A stretch of 34,695 bases of DNA. Source: a virus (lineage: Duplodnaviria > Caudoviricetes). A program made the translations under genes and the position numbers. Numbering within the stretch: the stretch's first letter is position 1; each line of letters starts with the position of its first letter. Location of the stretch: the IMG/VR virus record IMGVR_UViG_3300025875_000072, positions 1 to 34,695 of that record; one strand, given 5' to 3'. Shown here one piece after another: positions 25,871 to 34,508 of this stretch. The notes under the pieces were generated by a model. That model was not told where the DNA came from, searched no databases, and was given only the letters and a program-made list of their open reading frames with translations.

Positions 25871-26099
25871 CACGATCTGGCACGATCCCCTCGGCAGTGG
25901 GACTGAAACGGCAGTTTCCCTAGGTGCCGCCCTTCAACGTGCCGCCTATCGTGCCATAGGGGCATGGCCCTAGGCCTTCGGAAGGGGAGCGGAAGGGCCG
26001 CCACAGGGCCGGTGGGCAGGCCCCACCCCATGGGGGGAGACCCGTGCCTGTCATGAGCGTTATGCCGCTTCGGATTTTTGCAGCAAAACCAACGGCTTT

Positions 26100-26122
26100 C
26101 AATTAGTCAGTACCCTTGGGGG
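26100..26122 (+). promoter_or_regulatory. Antisense phage RNAP promoter, +1 about 26118
   Basis: CAATTAGTCAGTACCCTTGG, identical over 20 nt to the 7346 promoter but on the plus strand. Confidence 0.75.
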
Positions 26123-26306
26123 TGGGGATAATGGAAGGATACCTATAGGTACCCCACAGGAACCCTCCGGTGATCCTTCGGAGATCGAGGAGGTGAGGGT
26201 AGGGGGAGGAGGGGGAAGAGGCCCCACAGGAGCCCCAGGGAGGCCCACAGGAGCCCTTGGGGAGCCGGGAGGGTACTACCCCGCCCAGCCCCCTCTCTAG
26301 GCCTTC

Positions 26307-26753
26307 TCAGGCCGTCAGGTAGAGCGCAGCTTCACGAGCCCGTCGGGTGACCAGCCCACGCAGCACCACGCGCTTGCCCCGCACCGTGCCCTTGTTCCAG
26401 AGCTTGATGCCGGCCGCAGCGCCCTGGTGGTCACCAGCAAGGTGCCGGCGGAGGGCGGTGGAGCGGACGAAGGCGGAGATGCCGATGTTGAAGGCGAGGC
26501 TGACGAACGCAGCGAACTGGTTGTCGGTGGCGTTGGGAGCAGCCCGGGCCACAGCGGCCTCGAAGCGGCTCAGGTCTTTCCGCAGGAGGCTCTCGGCCTC
26601 GGCGCGGGTGATGACCATGCCCGGCTTGACGTGGCTTCCGGTGGACCCGTAGCCGATGGTCAGGTGCCCCGTGGGGCAGATGTAGGCCTGCAGCTCCAGG
26701 CCCTCGCAGTCCTTGATGATCGTCAGGCCTGCGGTGTTGATCTGGCGGGGGAT
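26307..26753 (-). CDS. GH24 lysozyme endolysin (probable ATC start)
   Basis: (I)PRQINTAGLTIIKDCEGLELQAYICPTGHLTIGYG with E-x8-C-x5-T triad; NQFAAFVSLAFNIG, GLVTRRAREA. Confidence 0.92.
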   Translation of the reverse strand: MPRQINTAGLTIIKDCEGLELQAYICPTGHLTIGYGSTGSHVKPGMVITRAEAESLLRKDLSRFEAAVARAAPNATDNQFAAFVSLAFNIGISAFVRSTALRRHLAGDHQGAAAGIKLWNKGTVRGKRVVLRGLVTRRAREAALYLTA

Positions 26754-26772
26754 GGTCGGTCCTTTCGTGATG

Positions 26773-28500
26773 TTAACGGAACCTTCGGCGACCCGAGGGG
26801 CGCCCTACGGCTCGGCGGGCGGCGATGCCCGAGGGGGGTCGGGTCCACTTGAACCCGGCGTTGGCGAAGAGCAGACGCTCGTATTCCTCGGCGGCCTTCC
26901 GCTCGCGGTCGCTCTGCGCCTTCTTCGCGTCGGCGTTGAGGTACTCGGCCCAGTGCTTGACACCCATCGCCAGCACGTCGGCCATGTCGTCGTGCTTGAG
27001 GGCGCCCTTGGCGTCCTGCATGTGGGTGAGCTGGAAGAGCCCTCGGTGGGCCACAGGGGCCATGAGGTCCGCTCGGCAGACGTTGGTGTCGATAACCAGG
27101 CGGTGCTGCCGCATGACCGGCTCCAGGGCCGCGATGATCCGCTGCTCCTTGTTGCCGACGGCGCGGATGCCCTCGATCCGGCAGGGGCGCAGGGCGTTGA
27201 CGTGCGTCTCGAGCAGCTTGCCGAACATGCCGTCACCGAAGTTGTCCTCGGGGACGATCAGGTTCACCTCATGCTCCGCGCTGATCTGCGCGAGGCGGGC
27301 GAGGGTCTCAGGGCCGTAGCCGTCCTGAAAGCCGCCCCAGGCGGTCACGAAGATGTAGCCGGCGAGGAACTTGGTGACGCAGTAGGTCGTGCGGTCACGT
27401 CCACGGCCCGAGGGGTCGATGAACATGGCAGACCCGGTGAACGCCAGGAACTCCTGCGAGGCCTTCATGGGCCGGTAGAGGCGGTCGCCGTCGAACCCGA
27501 CGTTCTCGATGTCCTTGATCGCCAGCTCGGGCGCCGAGGACCACACAAGGTAGCTGGGGGCCATCTTGCGGTCGACGTCCATGACGATCAGGTCGCGGGT
27601 CTTGAGCGGGTAGCGCTCGGCGTCCGACAGGGTCGTGTCGAGCTGGTACTGCAGCAGGAAGCCGGCTTGCCGGTACTCCGTCTCGCGCTCGAGCAAGTCC
27701 ATGTCGTCGAAGCGGTCAGGGTCGGTCGGGGCGCCTCCGATCATCGAAGCCATCGGCTTCATCAGGTCGGGGTTGGCCTCGAGGTCGGCCATGAGCATCG
27801 GCGCGATGAAGCCCCGGTAGTTCGCCAGCTTGTCGGCCGTCGGGTACCTTGCGGGCCAGATGCGGACCTCGTAGCCCTTGTCGGGCAGCTGCCGGTAGAT
27901 CGACTGTTCGGACTGCGGAGTGCCGAGGTAGACGATCTCGCCGTCAGGCTTGAGGATCGCGGCGTACTCCTTGGTCTTCGCCTCGAGCTTCTCGCGCATC
28001 GTCTCGGTTTCCGAGTTCTTCGGTACCTCGACGTCGTCCGAGATGACCAGATCGGCGCGAGAGCCGGTCAGCTGGCCGGTGATGCCCACGGCTTTCACCG
28101 AGGGGGACTTGTCGGCCTTGGCCGGTCCCACGTCGAAGATCAGGGCGGAGGACCGCTGGCCGGGCCGGGCGCGCAGCTCGGGCCACAGCTCGTCGCCGGC
28201 CTCGTGGTCGATGATCTGCTTGATGAAGCTCGCGATCTCGGTCGCGAAGGCCTCGTTGGCCGACACGATCATGATCTTGAGGTCGGGGTTGTTCCAGAGG
28301 CGCCACACGACGTAGGCCGCCGTGAGGAAGGTCTTGCCGACCCCACGGAACGCCTGGATGAACCGGCGGCGCCCACCGCCGACTAGGAAACGGGCTATGT
28401 CTAGCTGTACGCGGGTGGGCTGCGGCAAGAGCAGCAGCCGGGTCCAGACGTACCAGAGGAACTTGAGAAAGCTCCCCCGAAGTTGTTCTTGGGCGTTCAG
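26773..28500 (-). CDS. terL: Terminase large subunit (T7 gp19-like; probable CTG start)
   Basis: IQAFRGVGKT, GITGQLTGSRAD..ISDDVEVP, LGTPQ, IDPSGRGRD, HDD..D. Confidence 0.96.
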   Translation of the reverse strand: MNAQEQLRGSFLKFLWYVWTRLLLLPQPTRVQLDIARFLVGGGRRRFIQAFRGVGKTFLTAAYVVWRLWNNPDLKIMIVSANEAFATEIASFIKQIIDHEAGDELWPELRARPGQRSSALIFDVGPAKADKSPSVKAVGITGQLTGSRADLVISDDVEVPKNSETETMREKLEAKTKEYAAILKPDGEIVYLGTPQSEQSIYRQLPDKGYEVRIWPARYPTADKLANYRGFIAPMLMADLEANPDLMKPMASMIGGAPTDPDRFDDMDLLERETEYRQAGFLLQYQLDTTLSDAERYPLKTRDLIVMDVDRKMAPSYLVWSSAPELAIKDIENVGFDGDRLYRPMKASQEFLAFTGSAMFIDPSGRGRDRTTYCVTKFLAGYIFVTAWGGFQDGYGPETLARLAQISAEHEVNLIVPEDNFGDGMFGKLLETHVNALRPCRIEGIRAVGNKEQRIIAALEPVMRQHRLVIDTNVCRADLMAPVAHRGLFQLTHMQDAKGALKHDDMADVLAMGVKHWAEYLNADAKKAQSDRERKAAEEYERLLFANAGFKWTRPPSGIAARRAVGRPSGRRRFR

Positions 28501-28556
28501 GGGGTGTCCTTGGGGAAGTGTGGGAGCCCTGGGGAGGGCTCCCACGGGGGCTGCGC

Positions 28557-30161
28557 TTACCGCTCGTCGAGCGGCATGTAGCTCTTCAGAGCGCGCAGCC
28601 GGGGGCTGGAGTTCTGGTTCAGGTTCTCGTAGAGGCCCCAGCTGCCGTACTCGCTGGGAGCGGAGAACAGCTGGTAGTTGGTGAACAGCTTGCCACCCGC
28701 CGCGCGGAAGTTGCGGACGTTCGCTTCCTCGATCTTGCCCATCTCGCTGTAGCGGGGGAGGTCGTTCAGGAAGGCGGTGAAGGCGGCGTCCCCGGACCTG
28801 TCCCCGCTGACCTCATGGTACCCGGCCTCATAGGTGACGTATTCCAGGCCGTACTGGGTTGCCTTGTCTCCGAAGTATTTGTGCCTGTCGGCGTTGTAGC
28901 TGTTGAAGTCTTCCCACAGGAGATCAAACGCCTTGGTCACGCCGCCGTCTGGTTCCGTCTGCCACCAACGCTTGACCGTGTCGTAGTAGTTCTTGGCCAT
29001 GCTCGCGTAGAAGTACGGGGCGACGGCCAGCTCATCGATGAAGTCGGCGGCGCGGATGGTGTTACCGTTCGCGTCCTTCCAGTCGGGCGTGGTCAGCAGG
29101 AGCGTCTCGCCGCCCGCGCTGCCCCACTGTGTGCCCGCAACGATACGGATGCGCTCAGGCGCAGCGGAGAACAGGGGGCGGATGATCTGGCTCATCTGCG
29201 CCGTCCGCATCCCGAGCCATTCCATGTGGCGCCAGTTGATGCCCCACAGGGCGAGGGCCTTCCGCCGAGCGTAGCTCTTCTGCATGAACCCGTCGTTCCA
29301 CACCTCGTTCGACAGCTCGATCCGAGCCACGAGGTGTGGGTTCAGGTTGTCCCTGACGTACTCGCCAAACTTCAGCATGTAATCGTCGCTGGCGTGGATC
29401 GGCAGGCAGAACCACGGGTTTACGTTGAGCCGATTGCACATGTCCACGAGGAACTCGACCGGCACCCCGTAGTACGCCCAGAGCAGGCTGTCGGGCTTGT
29501 TCGGGCGATCCGCCCACTCCAGCTCTGGCAGGGTGTCGAAAGCGGTGTAGCTGCCGACATTCTTGCCGGTGCGCGGGTCGTAGGTGGCGTTGGCCTGCAT
29601 GTAATCCATGAACCGCAGGACGGTGAAGCCCCTGACCCTCTCGAATACAGGGGGGTTCAAGATCACGTTGCCGTCCAGCCACGATTGGTACAGGTCGGCG
29701 CGGACGCAGTGGAAGTTCCGCAGGTAGTTTCCTGTCCCGTTCGGGTCGGTCGCGCTGATCCTGAGCTGGACGATACCCCCCGACCCGGTGCGGAACGTCA
29801 TGCGCCCCGGCACATGGTCGAGGACGGTGACCCCGTGCTGGAAGGCGAACGTGCCTTCGCCCTCGTAGGTGAAGACGTACTCGGTGTTCGGGGGCATCGC
29901 CGGGCCGGCGTTGTAAAGGAAGTTCACAACCACCGTCACGCCACTCGGCAGGGACGTGGGGTACTTGTTCGCGTTGTAGGGGACGGCGACCGTGGTGTTG
30001 CTCGGTACCCAAATCTCGGCGTTCCTCGTGATGTCGAGGAGGGGCGCCGAGTCGCTGTAATACACCAGGGTTCCCATGTTGGTGCCGATCTGGGGAGCCC
30101 CGGCGCTGTTGTCGGGGATCGCTGTTGCCAGCGTCCCCTTCGTCTTGGTGATAGTCGGCAT
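28557..30161 (-). CDS. Putative clan GH-A glycoside hydrolase / depolymerase
   Basis: LRFMD, GVPVEFLVDMCN, PWFCLP, ELSNEVWN (acid/base), TYEAG (nucleophile). Confidence 0.72.
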   Translation of the reverse strand: MPTITKTKGTLATAIPDNSAGAPQIGTNMGTLVYYSDSAPLLDITRNAEIWVPSNTTVAVPYNANKYPTSLPSGVTVVVNFLYNAGPAMPPNTEYVFTYEGEGTFAFQHGVTVLDHVPGRMTFRTGSGGIVQLRISATDPNGTGNYLRNFHCVRADLYQSWLDGNVILNPPVFERVRGFTVLRFMDYMQANATYDPRTGKNVGSYTAFDTLPELEWADRPNKPDSLLWAYYGVPVEFLVDMCNRLNVNPWFCLPIHASDDYMLKFGEYVRDNLNPHLVARIELSNEVWNDGFMQKSYARRKALALWGINWRHMEWLGMRTAQMSQIIRPLFSAAPERIRIVAGTQWGSAGGETLLLTTPDWKDANGNTIRAADFIDELAVAPYFYASMAKNYYDTVKRWWQTEPDGGVTKAFDLLWEDFNSYNADRHKYFGDKATQYGLEYVTYEAGYHEVSGDRSGDAAFTAFLNDLPRYSEMGKIEEANVRNFRAAGGKLFTNYQLFSAPSEYGSWGLYENLNQNSSPRLRALKSYMPLDER

Positions 30162-30168
30162 TCAGTCC

Positions 30169-32442
30169 TTACCCTTCTACGGTAAATTGAAGAACGGTTC
30201 CGGCAGTCTGCCCATCGCGGGTCACTGCAACGCGCAGCTGGTAAGACCCCGGCGCAAGAGCCGTCGTAGTGTAGTAGTACGGCATCGCGGTGATAGGGTC
30301 CGAGGCTGTCGCGGTACCAGTGAAGTCGCTGTCGGAACTGAGGGTGACCTCGATGTCGTCGCCAGCTTCCCAATCGGTGACGTCAATGGCGAACGTCTGC
30401 TTCGGATTGCTCGGCAGAGATCGGCGCGTCACTCTAGGTGCCATGACCAGCGAGGTGCTGGAGTAGGTGGTCGTGACGGGTGCGAGGTCCGGCGTCCTGT
30501 TGCCCCACACATAGGTGAAGTTGCGGAAGTCGGCGTACTCGCCTGCCACGGCTCCATTCACGCGGGCCATGATCCAATGCTCGCCCTGGAGCGCCACGAA
30601 GGAGCCCTGCACCGGGCCTGCCACGTTCTGGGCAAGAAGCTGCCACTGCGCGGGGTCTTCCAGATTGGCCTGCTGGGCCACCCACAGGGAGTAGCCGCCC
30701 CCTGCAGAGAGCGCAGGGACGTCGACTGCTACGGTGAACTCGTAGCCAGCGACCAGACCGACCATCTTGGCGGCGGCCTGCGGCATCGTCGAACCGCTCC
30801 GCGCCGCAAGGCGCAGGGTGCCATCCGTAAGCGTACCGGCCGCAGGGTCCGAGACCCGCTGGGCCGATGCGTCCAGCGACGTCGTCGACCACTGATCGAA
30901 CGGGATCGCGACCGGCAGAGCTTCCAGAACGGGGCCGATCTTCGCGCTCTCCCTGACGATTTCCGTACCATCAGCCTTGATGTGGACAGGGGCGCAGGAG
31001 ACGAGGCCACCCTGGTGCTCAGGCGAGATCGTGAACGCGGACATGCTGCCGCCGATCCGCACACCGTCGACGAACCACCTGTACCCCTTGGTGCCCGTGC
31101 TCGGGCTGGTGGTGCCCTTGGTGACGGTCAGCGTCATGCCAACGCGAGGCTCGGTGGCGCCGGCCGGGAGATTGACCACCGGGTCGCTCGTCCAGACGTA
31201 GCCAGAGGCGTCGGGCGCGGATGCCAGCACCGCCTTCGGGAGATCGAAGTCCACATACTCGCCGGCCGTGTAGGTCTCGGCGTTGTAGTAAACGGAGTGC
31301 GTGGTGGCCGTGGCCGTGAACTGGCCCGTGATCGTGCCGGTGAACGTCACATAGGTCTGCTCGAAGAGGGCTGCGGCGGTCGGGTCCGAGGGCGTCCCTA
31401 CGCGGACGGAGAAGCCGCTGGACGCGTTCATTGAGGGCACCTTCGCGGAGAAGTTGTAGACTGCCCCGACTGTGAGGCCCGTGAGTTCCGTCACCGCTTC
31501 CGGCCAGTATTTGTCGGCGGTGGCCGTGAGGCGCAGCCACCCGTTCTCCAGCTGCATCACCGACGGGTCCGCACTGCGGATGTAGTCGGGGGCAGAGCTG
31601 TAGCTGTAGGACGTCACGCCATCGAGGCTGGTGAGGGGTCCACCCTCGGCCACGTTGTTGATTTCGATGCTGACCGACTGCGGCGCGCTGGCGTTTCCGG
31701 CCGCGTCCGTCGCGACGAAGGCGAAGACGTAGGAGGCCTGGGTCTCGAAGTCGGTGGCAGCGAGGCTCCACGCCCCGGTGGTCGCGTTCAGCGACACAGC
31801 ACTGGCGTCGGTGCCGCTCACTCCCCAGGTGACAGCCTCGTTCGCGGTCAGAGTTCCACCAACGGCGACCGCTTCGTCGTAGCTCCCCGAGGGGTTGGCG
31901 CTGGTGATCGAAGGGGCGGCGGTGTCGGACACAGGAGCCGCCTGCACGGGGCCTACCAGCGCCGACTGCTTGAGGTTGGGGATGTCGGTTCCGGTGGCAG
32001 GGTCGGTGCGGAGCGGCATCGCAGCGATGGTCTTGCCGACGTCGGCACTGCGGACGGTGAAGGTGACGCTGTTCAGCCCGATGTTCACGCCACCCACGAA
32101 CCACCTGTAGCCGCGAATGCCGGTGGAGGGGCTGGTCAGCCCAGGGTTGATCCTGAGCACCGTGCCGGGGTAAATGGCAGCCCCACCACCGTCGATAGTG
32201 ACGGACGGATCGACGGTCCAAGTAAACGCGGTCGGGGTGGGAGTTGGGGCCGGCGCGGGGGCCGGCGTGGGGGCGGGGGTCGGGATTGGCGGGATCAGCT
32301 TCGCGTTCCGCAGGGCGGTGTAGAAAGTCGACTTATCTGCCGGGAAGGTCACGCCAGCGAGCGCGGAGTTCAACTCAGCTTCGGTGAGAACCCTAGAAAG
32401 TACCGAGGCAACCGTGATGCGGCCTTTGAAGAGACTGCCCAC
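30169..32442 (-). CDS. Multidomain Ig/cadherin-like and CBM-like repeat protein
   Basis: PTPAPTPAP linker, duplicated W-T-x-DP...PSTG..GYRWFV unit, DFE...ATDAAGN cadherin-like motif, two Trp-containing beta-sandwich repeats. Confidence 0.72.
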   Translation of the reverse strand: MGSLFKGRITVASVLSRVLTEAELNSALAGVTFPADKSTFYTALRNAKLIPPIPTPAPTPAPAPAPTPTPTAFTWTVDPSVTIDGGGAAIYPGTVLRINPGLTSPSTGIRGYRWFVGGVNIGLNSVTFTVRSADVGKTIAAMPLRTDPATGTDIPNLKQSALVGPVQAAPVSDTAAPSITSANPSGSYDEAVAVGGTLTANEAVTWGVSGTDASAVSLNATTGAWSLAATDFETQASYVFAFVATDAAGNASAPQSVSIEINNVAEGGPLTSLDGVTSYSYSSAPDYIRSADPSVMQLENGWLRLTATADKYWPEAVTELTGLTVGAVYNFSAKVPSMNASSGFSVRVGTPSDPTAAALFEQTYVTFTGTITGQFTATATTHSVYYNAETYTAGEYVDFDLPKAVLASAPDASGYVWTSDPVVNLPAGATEPRVGMTLTVTKGTTSPSTGTKGYRWFVDGVRIGGSMSAFTISPEHQGGLVSCAPVHIKADGTEIVRESAKIGPVLEALPVAIPFDQWSTTSLDASAQRVSDPAAGTLTDGTLRLAARSGSTMPQAAAKMVGLVAGYEFTVAVDVPALSAGGGYSLWVAQQANLEDPAQWQLLAQNVAGPVQGSFVALQGEHWIMARVNGAVAGEYADFRNFTYVWGNRTPDLAPVTTTYSSTSLVMAPRVTRRSLPSNPKQTFAIDVTDWEAGDDIEVTLSSDSDFTGTATASDPITAMPYYYTTTALAPGSYQLRVAVTRDGQTAGTVLQFTVEG

Positions 32443-32446
32443 GGTC

Positions 32447-32713
32447 TTACTGCTCGCCAACCCAGAGGGCTACTGTGCCGGCACCCGAGGTGATCTCGAG
32501 GCGAACGTAGGGCACCCAGGAAATGCTTTCGAGGAAGGCAGCAGCGGATGGCTCCTTGACCTCGATCCACGGGGCCTCGGGGGAAACACGGCCGAGGACG
32601 CGGAAGACGGTACCGTCGGTCTGCGCCTGCACGGGAAGCAAGCCGACGCCGTTGGTGTCGCGCACGGTCCCCTCGGCGGAGCCACCGGCCCCGCTCGCGG
32701 TGAGCTTAATCAT
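32447..32713 (-). CDS. Small beta-rich hypothetical protein
   Basis: 88 aa, VLGRVSPEAPW...PYVRL. Confidence 0.68.
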   Translation of the reverse strand: MIKLTASGAGGSAEGTVRDTNGVGLLPVQAQTDGTVFRVLGRVSPEAPWIEVKEPSAAAFLESISWVPYVRLEITSGAGTVALWVGEQ

Positions 32714-32728
32714 GTGGTTGGGTGTCCT

Positions 32729-32998
32729 TTAGTGAGAGAGCCGAACGGCCTCTTCTTCGAGGTCCAGATCGGCCAGGGTCGCGGCCAGATTGCTGACCGG
32801 CTTGTTGCCCAGCGGGGCGGTGATCGAGTTGTCCTTCAAGAACTTCAAGGCCTTGTCGATCAGCTGGGGGTTGATGGGCTGGCGCTGGTCAGGCTGCTCG
32901 TGGTTCGCCAGCTCAATCGCCCGCTCCAGCTCCTCGCGTAGCCCCTGGGCCACAAGGCCGTGGAGCATATCGAGGAGGTCGGAGGTCGCCCGGCTCAC
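32729..32998 (-). CDS. terS: Terminase small subunit (T7 gp18-like)
   Basis: RATSDLLDMLHGLVA...ALKFLKDNSITA; follows the holin with GTGA overlap. Confidence 0.8.
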   Translation of the reverse strand: MSRATSDLLDMLHGLVAQGLREELERAIELANHEQPDQRQPINPQLIDKALKFLKDNSITAPLGNKPVSNLAATLADLDLEEEAVRLSH

Positions 32999-33339
32999 AG
33001 GCCGAGCTTCCGCTTCACGGCGGCCCACACGTCACGCGGGGCTTCCTGCGCGACCTCGCCAAGGCTCACGCGGAGCTTCTTGACGACTTCGAAGGCGCCG
33101 ATCCCGGCGACGAACCCGACGCTGCTCTTCGCAATGTCAGTGGCGCCGAGGAGCGCGTGGGCCAGCTCGCCAGCGTAGTAGCTGACGACGATGCCCACGG
33201 TGAGCTGGATGAACCGCTGCAGCCAGGGCATCGAGCCCTGCACTGCGACGGCGACGGCTGCGCCGAGCGCGCCGGGGACGAGCCCTTTCAGGAACTCGGT
33301 GATCGCCGGCAGATGCACGGCGAGGTCTTCGCGGGTCAT
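32995..33339 (-). CDS. Putative holin
   Basis: Three hydrophobic segments, basic C-terminus; lies between tail fibre and TerS. Confidence 0.72.
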   Translation of the reverse strand: MTREDLAVHLPAITEFLKGLVPGALGAAVAVAVQGSMPWLQRFIQLTVGIVVSYYAGELAHALLGATDIAKSSVGFVAGIGAFEVVKKLRVSLGEVAQEAPRDVWAAVKRKLGL

Positions 33340-34499
33340 GAGGTGGTTTCCTGGGGAGCCTCGAGCGCGGCCACACGGGCCGTCAGGGTCTCGATCAGCT
33401 CCTGCTGTTGTTGGATCGCTCGGACGAGCGTGGGGATCATGTCGGACATGCGGATGGACAGCTTGGAGCCGGGAGGTAGTCCGCCGGGGGCTGTCGGGCC
33501 TTGGAGGGGCTGGTAGTCGTACTCTTCGATCAACTCAGGGAGGACCGCCTGGACCTCCTGCGCCACGAAGCCCGACACGTCCGCCTTTGAGCCATCCACC
33601 CAATCGAACCTGCGCGGCTTGAGAGCCATCACGGCCTCGATCCCGGTCTCCAGCTCCCTGACGTTCTTCTTGAGCGAGCCGTCGGAGAGGCTGGCGATGC
33701 TGGTGCTGGTGGAGAATATCTGCCCGTCGTTGCGGACGTAGAACGCCCAGCCCGGCAGGTTGATGTTGAAGACGTGGAAGGTGTTGCCCTCTCTCGCGCT
33801 GACGACAATCGTGGACCCGGCCATTCGCGAGCCGGCGGTAAACAGGTCGTCCGCAGGCTTGCCGACGAGGACGTTGCCGGCGGCGTCTATCCGCGCCCGC
33901 TCCACGCCTGCGGTGAAGAACCGGACCCCTCCGTACCCGCTCTGGAACAGGGAGGCGCCGTTCGGGCTGTCGTCCACACTCGCCCACTTGATCCCGTAAT
34001 GCGGCATGTGGACGCCGTGCGTGTTGAAGCCATCCCCGCTGGGCAGGCCGATCAGGGCGCCCGAGTCGGAGGCGCCGGCCGGCAGGTACAGGTTGCCGGA
34101 TACGGTCAGGAGACCCGGCGAGGCGGTGACGGTCCCAGCGACCTCGAGTGGGCCTGAGATGCTCCCGCCAGTGAGCGGCAGGTACGTCTCGTCGACGGAG
34201 TTGATGACGTCCATCGCATCGGCGTAGGACTGCACCAGCGCCGCGCTGTTGAGCGCCAAGTCTCGGATGTAGCCCCGCGTCGGCATGGCCTGGAACGGGG
34301 TGTCGACGTCGGCACCGGCCCACGCCGTGACCAGCACCAGCTGCGTGGCGCTGATGATGCGCTCGATCTCGAGGATCGCGCCGCTCTCCAGCACCAGGGC
34401 ATCGCCGGGGTTCACGTTGCGGATGAAGTCTGTGCCGACGCCAGTGACGTCAGCGGATGCGCTGCGGAGCTGCAGCAAGCCGGTGCGGTACCAAGCCAT
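33336..34499 (-). CDS. Tail fibre with C-terminal intramolecular chaperone (peptidase S74)
   Basis: MAWYRTG...VTGVGTDF N-terminus; SDGSLKKNV...GFVAQEV..VLPE...LVRAIQQ. Confidence 0.88.
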   Translation of the reverse strand: MAWYRTGLLQLRSASADVTGVGTDFIRNVNPGDALVLESGAILEIERIISATQLVLVTAWAGADVDTPFQAMPTRGYIRDLALNSAALVQSYADAMDVINSVDETYLPLTGGSISGPLEVAGTVTASPGLLTVSGNLYLPAGASDSGALIGLPSGDGFNTHGVHMPHYGIKWASVDDSPNGASLFQSGYGGVRFFTAGVERARIDAAGNVLVGKPADDLFTAGSRMAGSTIVVSAREGNTFHVFNINLPGWAFYVRNDGQIFSTSTSIASLSDGSLKKNVRELETGIEAVMALKPRRFDWVDGSKADVSGFVAQEVQAVLPELIEEYDYQPLQGPTAPGGLPPGSKLSIRMSDMIPTLVRAIQQQQELIETLTARVAALEAPQETTS

Positions 34500-34508
34500 G
34501 GTGATCCT

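Noticed and set aside
25933-25962. Possible plus-strand sigma70 promoter TTCAAC-18-TAGGGG
   Set aside because: Poor -35, non-optimal spacing and no downstream gene
325-31434. Many long plus-strand ORFs (e.g. 325-2037, 4941-7256, 18951-20621, 26713-28386)
   Set aside because: Antisense shadows of GC-rich minus-strand genes; no recognisable motifs
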